Below are positions 1 to 9,027 of a stretch of DNA of 64,000 bases, piece by piece (the first letter of the stretch is position 1; every line of letters begins with the position of its first letter). Position numbers and translations under genes: made by a program. The stretch lies in NCBI GenBank assembly GCA_964019425.1, contig OZ025798.1, positions 310,001 to 374,000 of the forward strand. Reading direction: 5' to 3'. Below the pieces are notes generated by a model. That model did not search any database, was not told where the DNA came from, and was given only the letters and a program-made list of their open reading frames with translations. The stretch comes from Flectonema sp. DT1601 (lineage: Eukaryota).

Positions 1-1787
1 AGTCGCTTAGCGATGTCGAGTTCACTGCAGCTGTGAGAAACTTTTGTCGACATACTTCGTAGGGATAGAAATAGTGAGTCTGTGTAGTTAGAAGTGAAGG
101 AAGTTGACGAACCGTTTTGAGTAGCCCGTCGCAAACCAGAGCAAAGCTCGCGAAGGCCGTCGATCATTGCTCCCCAGGCTGATTTTAGAATCATAGCTTC
201 TGGACTGTTGGACAGTTCTCGAAATAATGATTTCTTTCGACGACGCTTTGACGTCGGTGATATCAGACTTCCCAACATGAATGAACCTTGATTACTATCA
301 GGAAAGGAAGTATCCTTTACAAAGGACTCTACTCTGCTACTCGGACGTCTGTTGTTCAGATGACTAACATCGTCACCGTCATCGAATACATTTGCTTCCT
401 CTACGTCTGAACTATCATTTTGCTGTTTCGGTAAATCTTCTTCGCACACACCGCTGTGTGTGCTTCTGCGTCGAAAACTTCTTTCAGCTTCAGACCAATG
501 AGTACTTTTTCTTTTGAAATCACTGTACTCTAATTCATAACTTTTTGCCCCACCTAAAGGGTCTCCTGGAAAGTAACAGCTGCCGTAGCGAGGACGAGGT
601 GGGATTGCTGCCGAACCTTCCGGAGGCATTTGCTCTGCGAAATTATTATCAACGCGAAACCTATCACACAGTAGTCTAATGAAGCCGAGGATCTTACGGA
701 TGTTAGCCCAGGGTAGATTTATAGTTGTTGGAACTGCTTTCATTTTTAAGACTAAATCCGTAAATTGTAAATGCACCTTAGAAGTAGGTGGGTATAACAC
801 CCCATCAATAACAGTTTGTATGTAACCAATAGAAGGTGTATTACAACGTGGTGGTAGAATTAGTATTATTTTGCTGCTGACATCGTCTCTGAATGAGATT
901 TCTTCTGCTGCTGATAGAGGCAAGAATTCAAATTCATTTTCAGAGTTGTCAATGAAGTCGAGTCGTCTTCGTGGTTTATAAAGCGGACCTGAGACAGTTA
1001 TCGTAGCAACAGCAGCAGCGATGGTTGCTTCCCTCGAAGATTTGAAAATTCGGATTCTGATGTTGCTTGTTGTTACTTTAACAGATACAATTCCGATTAT
1101 CCCTAACGTCGCTGACAAAATAGAATTCATTGCGACAGAACATTGCTGTTCATCATCTGTCTTACGCCTGCTGACAATTTCCCAATATTTTCCAAAGGCT
1201 GTTTCAGCAGGGGGGCAGTCTCTGACGATATGTTCTTCTATTGAGTTAACAATGTCGGTAATCAGGTCGTGTCTCCAATCAAGTTTTGCTTGACGCTCTC
1301 TCAAAGATCGAGACTGAGCAGGTGTTAAAAAAGCTGCCGTAGATTTCATATGAGGAATATAAGATGTAATCGCTATGTCATGTTTCTCCATGTCGTGTCG
1401 TTCTCGAAGCTCAATTTTCTTTTTTAGCTTTTCATTTTTTTTTTGTATCTTTGGAAGTGAATCTCTTACAAATCTAAGAATCCAAACAGCGTTTGTTAAC
1501 ACATCAGTTGATGCCTGACCTGTTATTTTGTTTGCTATTTGGAGTAGTTTTGCTGTTACATTTTCTTTTGGTTCATGCTCTTCTTCAGATTCCACCGACG
1601 GAACCAAATCAAAAGAATTAGTTGGGCTGTTTAGTCGTTGTGAGTTTCTCGGTGATTTCAACTTTCTCATAGATTTTTTTCGTTTTGTGCTACCTCCTGT
1701 GCTGTCGGATAAAAAGCTGCAAAAAGCTCGTATCTTACCCCTGCTGGCTAAAATTTTGGATGAGTCTTCTATTTGATTCTCCTTCAT
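1..1787 (-). CDS. Hypothetical protein, partial (runs off the window start)
   Basis: Manual translation from ATG at 1787 (MKENQIEDSSKILASRGKIRAFCSFL...) stays open for the >400 codons I read. It is absent from the ORF track, presumably because the stop lies outside the window. No motif recognised. Confidence 0.7.
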   Translation of the reverse strand, partial: MKENQIEDSSKILASRGKIRAFCSFLSDSTGGSTKRKKSMRKLKSPRNSQRLNSPTNSFDLVPSVESEEEHEPKENVTAKLLQIANKITGQASTDVLTNAVWILRFVRDSLPKIQKKNEKLKKKIELRERHDMEKHDIAITSYIPHMKSTAAFLTPAQSRSLRERQAKLDWRHDLITDIVNSIEEHIVRDCPPAETAFGKYWEIVSRRKTDDEQQCSVAMNSILSATLGIIGIVSVKVTTSNIRIRIFKSSREATIAAAVATITVSGPLYKPRRRLDFIDNSENEFEFLPLSAAEEISFRDDVSSKIILILPPRCNTPSIGYIQTVIDGVLYPPTSKVHLQFTDLVLKMKAVPTTINLPWANIRKILGFIRLLCDRFRVDNNFAEQMPPEGSAAIPPRPRYGSCYFPGDPLGGAKSYELEYSDFKRKSTHWSEAERSFRRRSTHSGVCEEDLPKQQNDSSDVEEANVFDDGDDVSHLNNRRPSSRVESFVKDTSFPDSNQGSFMLGSLISPTSKRRRKKSLFRELSNSPEAMILKSAWGAMIDGLRELCSGLRRATQNGSSTSFTSNYTDSLFLSLRSMSTKVSHSCSELDIAKR

Positions 1788-2088
1788 TATTATTTTTGTT
1801 GTTGAATTTTTTTTTTTTCTAAATGTGAAAAATAGTTTTGATGAAATTACTTAACTGAACTATAACATCATCCACGTGAGATCGTTCTTCACCAACATCT
1901 GAACAGAATGAAAGTACAGCTGTGTAACTTATCAAGTAAAGGGAAAAAAAAAATTGTTCCAACGGATTCGGAGAAGAAACTATTCAGATTGAAAAGCCGT
2001 TATTTCTTATGATCATGATTTTATATTTTTTCGCGACAGGATTCCGTCCGCGTTCAATAAAATATAATAAGGCTAATTTGAATGGTTT

Positions 2089-2119
<31 letters not shown>

Positions 2120-2740
2120 AGGATCTTCATGACAACACACGTTTTGTGTTTTTTGAACTTTCACGAAGAAAAGAAAAAAAAAAAGAACGGAAGAAAAAAA
2201 AAAAAAAATTATTCCCTGGAGAAAAAACAAGAAAGTGCGCATCACAACGGTGACTGTTACTCAGCAGAGTCTTATTTTGTTAGTGAGGATATAATTGAGT
2301 CGAAGATCAAGCGACAATGGACACCAAAATTGGGGGTGAACGAATAAACTAAAGAAGTTGAATGGAGTATACTATACCTACTCAATCCTTATTAATTTCA
2401 CATTGGTCAACACAGAATTGGGAAGGGAGAACTTAAAAAAACAAAACAACAAAATAAAAATAAAAAAAAAAGAAAATTATATATAAACACACAAAACCAG
2501 AAATCAAATCACACGGAAAAAAACTCCACAACGAATTGAAAAAAAATTACGACACGCTTTTTTTTTTTTTTTTTTTTTAAATAAAGGTAATACTCAGGTA
2601 TCTTAGTTTTAATATTTTTTTCATCTGTTTGAACAATAATGAAGTCTTCTACTTGATTATCAGGTGGGGGTTTCCCTTTCAAATAAGAAGAGATATAACA
2701 ATAATCCCTCAGAGGGAAAAAGTGATTTAGAGATGTTTTC

Positions 2741-3139
2741 TTACCAACGACGGTGTCTTCTGAACCTGCCCACTGGTGGTCCAATGTGACGGCGGTGATG
2801 GTGGTGATGATGATGCCTACCGTTACCACTAAGAAGACAGCAGCACATCATAGCTGCACATGCACCAAGACATCCTGCGGCTACGGCATCTCCATCGTTG
2901 TTCTCTTTCACAATAACTGTCTCACGCACAACTGGATTTGGAGCTAAAGCAGCAGGTGGTCCGTAAGTCACAATTTGTGGTTGCGGTGTAGTAGTTCCAT
3001 AGCTTGTCGGTGCTCCCATCGTCTGCACTGGCGGGTAAGCTGCTGTTACATTTGGTGGAACACCAGTTGCTGTACCCGGCGCTGGGTATCCTCCAACAGC
3101 TGCTGGTGGAGCCGATGGAACTGGCTCATAACCTGACAT
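2741..3139 (-). CDS. CYSTM-like protein (Pro/Tyr-rich N-terminus, Cys-rich TM module, His/Arg-rich tail), 132 aa
   Basis: MSGYEPVPSAPPAAVGGYPAP...AAGCLGACAAMMCCCLL matches the CYSTM architecture (GCLxxxxCCCLL). True start taken as ATG 3139. Confidence 0.75.
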   Translation of the reverse strand: MSGYEPVPSAPPAAVGGYPAPGTATGVPPNVTAAYPPVQTMGAPTSYGTTTPQPQIVTYGPPAALAPNPVVRETVIVKENNDGDAVAAGCLGACAAMMCCCLLSGNGRHHHHHHHRRHIGPPVGRFRRHRRW

Positions 3140-4290
3140 TTTTATTGCTTTTGATCTTAAAAATAATAAACAAACATAAAGACGACACACACATAGATGT
3201 TAGATGACGAACTCTTTAAAGCGACCTGCTTCACATATTCTTTGTAGAGTTCCCTGACCATAAAAGAAAATAACTAACCAAAGCTACACAAAAAATTAAT
3301 ACTTTAATGTTTTCCTAAGACTTAAGGTTCTCGTCGTGTAAAGAAAACAAAAAAAAAAAAAAAACTCAAAAAACAGTTTTAAAAGTTAAAAAGGAAAAGA
3401 AAAAAGAGAGAGATAACTAACGATAAATCACTTTTTCTTGTGGCTGAAAAAACTGCGAAACGAAGCATGTCCATCTCAGGAAATTGTTCCTCGTATTGTT
3501 ATACTATGTGTCACAGTGTTTATAGCAGTGAAAATCTGATAGGCAAGCAGGAAGAATAAAACGAAGAGAAAGGGAGGGGAGAAAAAAAAAGTAAGGACGG
3601 TTTTTAAAAAAAAAACATACCGTGAAAACTTTTTTTTTTTAATTTTTATTAAATTTCTTAAAGTCTCTTACATCAAGTCATAGAATAACTAAAAGGCGGT
3701 TGAAGTGAAAAATAATGCGAAATCCAAAAAATCTCACATTTTTTTTTCATAAGTCGCTCCTTTTTAACAGATTCGCACTTGGTATATTGGGTATGTGGAT
3801 GGTATATTTCAAGTTTTTATCAGATTCCCAGATTTCAGTTAGCAAAAGCAGCCAATTTTATTTATTTTAATTTCCTGCCGTGAGTGTCGCCTGCGGCGTT
3901 CATTTTTTAAGAGCTGTCTGCAACCCACCCTCACGACAGGAAAGTGTAATAATACATGAGGTCAAGAGAAACTATTTTCTTTTTTTCCCGTTCTTTTTTT
4001 TGTTAAAAAAGAGTTTCAAAAGAGCAATCGTAAGTAGGATGTCCCTACGAAGAAAAAGAAGAAGAAAAAACAGAGAGAGTGCAGGGTAATTTCCCCTTAA
4101 CTCCAATGACACTGAACTACCATCAGACGTGGAAAGTGCTGGAAGTTAATTCAGACCATCCGAAAGGTATATTTCAGTCAACGAATATAAGGATTTAACG
4201 AAAACGGGGAAAAGGTAAAAAAAAAAAGCTGTAATTCCACATCTCAATGAAGAGTATGAAGAATGCTCTGTGCTGCTAAAAAGTATACAT

Positions 4291-7200
4291 CTACACACGG
4301 CACTCATCATGTTGCAGGCTTTCACATTTCTCAAACGTCAGTAGCTCACCGTCGGTTTGCACAGTTTGCTGTCTTCTCTTGTGGAGGACAACTCCAGCGA
4401 TAACCATTCCTCCAACGCAAAGAGCTGATATAAGAGAAAGAGCAATGAGAAGACCGTTGTTGTTACTACTGGAGTCTTTAGGAGTGCTGGTTAGTTCTCC
4501 AGCTGCCATCCCCTCACCAATTGGTTCCATGATTAAAGTGTTTCCATCACTGTTATCTCTGAGTGGTCCAGTTCCAGACTTTGACTGGTCAACAGCAACG
4601 TTCAGTTTTTTCTCACCGAGATCTACTACACTCTGGTCATTGTCAGTAATTTCAAATTCAACAAACGCTCCTTCATTCAATGACTTCAGCTCACTGACAG
4701 ACCCAGCACCAAGAGTTGAGACACTTCTACTCACTGGCTCATCAATAAGAGGTTCCTCAGTCTCTTCCTTGTACAGTTCCATGTTCCATGATGGTGGGAT
4801 CTTAGTTCCCCACCTCTCACGCATTTCCATTGGCGGAACAACATCATCCTTCATTAGACCTCCAAGGAAGTTGATACGTAATCCTTCTGGTTTCATACCC
4901 TTCACAATCATAAGGATCGTCGTTCTCAGTTTTCTGAGGAACTTCTTTGGGTTTTCTTTAATCTTTCCGAACGATCCCTTGAATGAGAGTCGTAGTGCCT
5001 TACTGTGCTTCTTCTGTTCTCTAACTGGTTCATCAATGACTTCTACTGTGCAGTGGAGACCCTTGGAGTTGCAGCAGTATTCCTTGTCCTCGTCGGTGAG
5101 AAGCTCGGAACCAGCTCTGCAGTCAAAGTCACAACCGACGTATTGTTCATCACAGCACCACTTTCTCTGGGCAGGTTCCCATTCAGACAATGCTCTGCTG
5201 TCGCCGTAGCAGTCGTACTTATCGGCAGCGCATTCGACTTCTTCAATGAGACAGCACATCTTTCTCGTTTCCTCACTCCACTTGGAGCGCACTTCTTTCT
5301 TGGCCTGACACATTTCTCTCTTCTCTTTGAAATCATCAGTCTCATCAACTACCATACGGCATCTCATTCCTTTAGCTGAGCAACACCATTCGGACTGGTC
5401 TTCTGTCCATGCGCTTACGGTTTCTGAGTTCCACTCGCAATCAAAGATGTCGACATCTGTTGGGCAACCGACCTGGAAGTTCTTACAGCAGTAGGCAGAC
5501 TTCTTTTCATCCCACATGTAGTCAACAACTGAAGTCTGAAGTAACCCTTCAGCATTCTTCATAATCTCAAGTGAGTCTTCTGGTACACTGCAGTCATATG
5601 GAGCAACAGGACATGCAACTTTCTTCTCCTCGCAGCACCACTTTCGCTGAGCGTAACCCCATCCTCTTGGATCGTCCTTGCAGTCAAACTGATCCTGGTC
5701 GTCCTTACAGTAACGCCCAGTCATCTCACAGCAGTACTTCTGTTGCTTAACTGAAGGAGACTTAACAAATCCATAGCAGCTGAAAGTCTCACAGCCGAGG
5801 TTCTTCCACTGGGATACAGCTTCTGCCATACACTGCGGCTTGTCTTCAATCTTCTTACAAGCTGGCCTGCATTCCTCAGTACAAACCTTCTCACCGTTGG
5901 AGCACTTGCACATTTGTTGGCAGCCGGTGCAAGCGTATCCTTCCTTACACATTCCACCAGGAGCACAAAGAATAGCGTCATCACTTAGGCCACAATCACC
6001 CGGTACTGGCTTTGGTTCCACGCACGCGATTTTCCCTTCATCAATGATGCAAACTTCTTCATCTCCACAAGATGACGGAGTGCAACGAACCGTTTTCATG
6101 CACCTCCACTCGTTGGTATCTTTTCTACACATTGTGCCCTTTGGACAGTCAGAGCTGCGGTCCATCTCCGCCCACATGGAAGGTCCGTCAATGCGACAAA
6201 CCTCACCCTCAGAAAGGAATGGTTTCCTGCAAGTACCTGAAGCATCAGCAATCATTGGAGGAGTTACACACTTTAAGTCACCCTCACAAATACTGTAGTA
6301 ACATGGAACAGTGTACCCACCACATGATTCACTCTCCTTGGCTCTTGGAACGCACACCATTTCCTTGCTGCACCCGTATTTCTTAGTCGGATTTCTGGCA
6401 GCGCGACAGAACTCGTTTTCTTCACAGTCGTCGTTTGATTTGCATCCCTTCTTGATCTTCTTACAGGTACCCATACAGTCAGTCATCCCATTGTCACACT
6501 TTGTTTCACATTCGAAACCGTTAGGACAAGGGACACCAGCGAATCCACCGCATTCCTTCTCCTTCTCGCATGACATTTCTGTGCAGGAGAACATTCCCTT
6601 CTCACAGACGCAGGAGTTGCAATCCTTCTGCTTTGTGTCACCCTTCTTGCACTCACACACCGTTAGTGTACATACAGAGAATTGTCCGTTCGAACAGCTG
6701 CAGGTGTTGCAGTCAACTTCCATAACTTCCCCATCCATACATTTAATGGTTGGCTTAACAGGAGCTGGAGCTGGAGCTGGGCAGTTCACTTTCTTGTTTT
6801 CGCAACACCACTTCGACTTTTCGGAAGTCCAAACTTCTCTGGTGCGGCAGTTGTAAGCACATTCAGCTCCAAAATCTTTGTTTTCAACGCAATCCATTCC
6901 AGCTTCACATGTAGTTGATGCACAGGTTGGAGGGTCAATTGGAACACAAACAGGTCCCTTAGTTGGATGATCCTTGCAGTTTGTGGTTGCAATACAAAAT
7001 GTTGTCGCACAACTTGGTTTTTGTGGAACACATTTCGCTCCGGTTTTTGGGTTTTCTTCGCAGCCACCAGCGCATCTCAGTACAGAGCAAGTTGGCAATG
7101 AATTAAGTGGAACACACTTAGCACCAGAAATAGGATCTTCTTCACATCTACTGTCAGCAGTACAAATCATTGTAGCACATGTGGGAAGGGCAGCCTTTTC

Positions 7201-7470
7201 ACAAACACCCATGCAGTCGGATACCTTTGGGCCACACTTCTTGACACAATCGTATCCGATGTCACACTGCATCCCAGCAATGCCACCACATTGCTGTTTG
7301 TTTTTTACACAGACACCGTCGCAGTGGGTTGTAGTCTTGCAGGCAGATGTGTCGCAGTGAAACTCAGCAGGGCATCTGAGTGATGCAGTTCCTCCACACA
7401 TTTGTGCAGGTGCTGGTGGGGCATTTTGGGCTGATGCCACAGCGAGCATCAACATTACAACAGATTTCAT
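4291..7470 (-). CDS. Cys-rich type I membrane protein, 1059 aa (copy 1)
   Basis: Signal peptide; CGGxAGxxCxxGxxC modules; follistatin-N-like TCxxxxC..GAKCVP repeats; two pacifastin-like domains (DCNTCSC..G...CTLTVC, DCNSCVC..G...CTEMSC); many WxxxxxxWCC repeats; TM segment LLIALSLISALCVGGMVIAGVVL; short tail. Confidence 0.9.
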   Translation of the reverse strand: MKSVVMLMLAVASAQNAPPAPAQMCGGTASLRCPAEFHCDTSACKTTTHCDGVCVKNKQQCGGIAGMQCDIGYDCVKKCGPKVSDCMGVCEKAALPTCATMICTADSRCEEDPISGAKCVPLNSLPTCSVLRCAGGCEENPKTGAKCVPQKPSCATTFCIATTNCKDHPTKGPVCVPIDPPTCASTTCEAGMDCVENKDFGAECAYNCRTREVWTSEKSKWCCENKKVNCPAPAPAPVKPTIKCMDGEVMEVDCNTCSCSNGQFSVCTLTVCECKKGDTKQKDCNSCVCEKGMFSCTEMSCEKEKECGGFAGVPCPNGFECETKCDNGMTDCMGTCKKIKKGCKSNDDCEENEFCRAARNPTKKYGCSKEMVCVPRAKESESCGGYTVPCYYSICEGDLKCVTPPMIADASGTCRKPFLSEGEVCRIDGPSMWAEMDRSSDCPKGTMCRKDTNEWRCMKTVRCTPSSCGDEEVCIIDEGKIACVEPKPVPGDCGLSDDAILCAPGGMCKEGYACTGCQQMCKCSNGEKVCTEECRPACKKIEDKPQCMAEAVSQWKNLGCETFSCYGFVKSPSVKQQKYCCEMTGRYCKDDQDQFDCKDDPRGWGYAQRKWCCEEKKVACPVAPYDCSVPEDSLEIMKNAEGLLQTSVVDYMWDEKKSAYCCKNFQVGCPTDVDIFDCEWNSETVSAWTEDQSEWCCSAKGMRCRMVVDETDDFKEKREMCQAKKEVRSKWSEETRKMCCLIEEVECAADKYDCYGDSRALSEWEPAQRKWCCDEQYVGCDFDCRAGSELLTDEDKEYCCNSKGLHCTVEVIDEPVREQKKHSKALRLSFKGSFGKIKENPKKFLRKLRTTILMIVKGMKPEGLRINFLGGLMKDDVVPPMEMRERWGTKIPPSWNMELYKEETEEPLIDEPVSRSVSTLGAGSVSELKSLNEGAFVEFEITDNDQSVVDLGEKKLNVAVDQSKSGTGPLRDNSDGNTLIMEPIGEGMAAGELTSTPKDSSSNNNGLLIALSLISALCVGGMVIAGVVLHKRRQQTVQTDGELLTFEKCESLQHDECRV

Positions 7471-7535
7471 TGTGTGTGTTTGGTCTGATTGGTTGAAAGG
7501 TTTAACATGTTTCCTATTACAACTACTACTATACT

Positions 7536-8410
7536 ATACTAATGGCTGTCTACGTTACCTATACTAATGGCTGTCTACGTTACCTATACTAATGGCTGTC
7601 TACGTTACCTATACTAATGGCTGTCTACGTTACCTATACTAATGGCTGTCTACGTTACCTATACTAATGGCTGTCTACGTTACCTATACTAATGGCTGTC
7701 TACGTTACCTATACTAATGGCTGTCTACGTTACCCATACTAATGGCTGTCTACGTTACCTATACTAATGGCTGTCTACGTTACCTATACTAATGGCTGTC
7801 TACGTTACCTATACTAATGGCTGTCTACGTTACCTATACTAATGGCTGTCTACGTTACCTATACTAATGGCTGTCTACGTTACCTATACTAATGGCTGTC
7901 TACGTTACCTATACTAATGGCTGTCTACGTTACCTATACTAATGGCTGTCTACGTTACCTATACTAATGGCTGTCTACGTTACCCATACTAATGGCTGTC
8001 TACGTTACCTATACTAATGGCTGTCTACGTTACCTATACTAATGGCTGTCTACGTTACCTATACTAATGGCTGTCTACGTTACCTATACTAATGGCTGTC
8101 TACGTTACCTATACTAATGGCTGTCTACGTTACCTATACTAATGGCTGTCTACGTTACCTATACTAATGGCTGTCTACGTTACCCATACTAATGGCTGTC
8201 TACGTTACCTATACTAATGGCTGTCTACGTTACCTATACTAATGGCTGTCTACGTTACCTATACTAATGGCTGTCTACGTTACCTATACTAATGGCTGTC
8301 TACGTTACCCATACTAATGGCTGTCTACGTTACCTATACTAATGGCTGTCTACGTTACCTATACTAATGGCTGTCTACGTTACCTATACTAATGGCTGTC
8401 TACGTTACCT
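7536..8410. repeat. 25-bp minisatellite, 35 units (ATACTAATGGCTGTCTACGTTACCT)
   Basis: Head-to-tail units without spacers. T>C variant at the last base of units 8, 18, 26 and 31. Confidence 0.97.
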
Positions 8411-9027
8411 GTTATCAATTGGAAAGACTAATAAAAAGACAAAAGTATTTAAGACATAAGCAACCTTCAATCCATAAAGAGAGGGCCAGGCGACCCCATT
8501 GCGTATTTAAACCATTCAAAAAAATACCAACAGCCTGCAGGTTGCCGACACCGAAAGTATGATGGAAAAGTTTAAGAAAAAGAAAAAAAAGAAAAAAAAA
8601 GAATTCATTAATCGGTAAAAGGAGGAGAGCTATGTAGTCTCGTTCTGTAAAGGGGACACTCACTAACATGCCCTCAGGTTTAAGTACATCACTCCAAAAG
8701 GTTAGGAACAACATACTACGTAACCGCTAAGGACATCTTCGAAGCAACGACTACCACATCATGGAATATGGACTTGGTCAGCCCAGTACTACATTTGAAT
8801 CACAAGTTAAATAAAGTTAAACGATGTTCGACCAAGAATTTGAAAGAAAAAAAAGGGGCGAATGAAAAAATATCCACGCAACGATTTTCTTTTCATCTTT
8901 TTTTTTTGTTGCTGTTGTTGCTTTTTTTAATTTTTTATCTTGGAACACTTAACACAATTTACACATACAGAAAAAGGGAGATTTGATGAGGAAAATAAGT
9001 CGCCGCACAAGAAAAAGTACAGCTGGT

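Larger units (their letters stand above)
3015..9027. repeat. Tandem segmental duplication, copy 1 (copy 2 = 11045-16603)
   Basis: Near-identical sequence at an offset of about 8030. Identity starts at cccatcgtctgc (3015/11045) and ends at aagtacagctggt (9027/16603). Confidence 0.95.

Noticed and set aside
1910..1921. Second SL relic (CTGTACTTT on minus strand; a similar one at 16590-16605)
   Set aside because: Only about 9 nt match in AT-rich DNA, which is expected by chance.
2009..2347. Short ORFs rich in poly-Lys/Phe in intergenic DNA
   Set aside because: Products of A/T homopolymer runs, not protein-like.
4379..7360. Plus-strand ORFs overlapping the Cys-rich gene (and similar antisense ORFs elsewhere)
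   Set aside because: Antisense shadows of real minus-strand CDSs with no motifs.
7536..8410. CRISPR array
   Set aside because: Units are contiguous with no unique spacers, there are no cas genes, and the context is eukaryotic.
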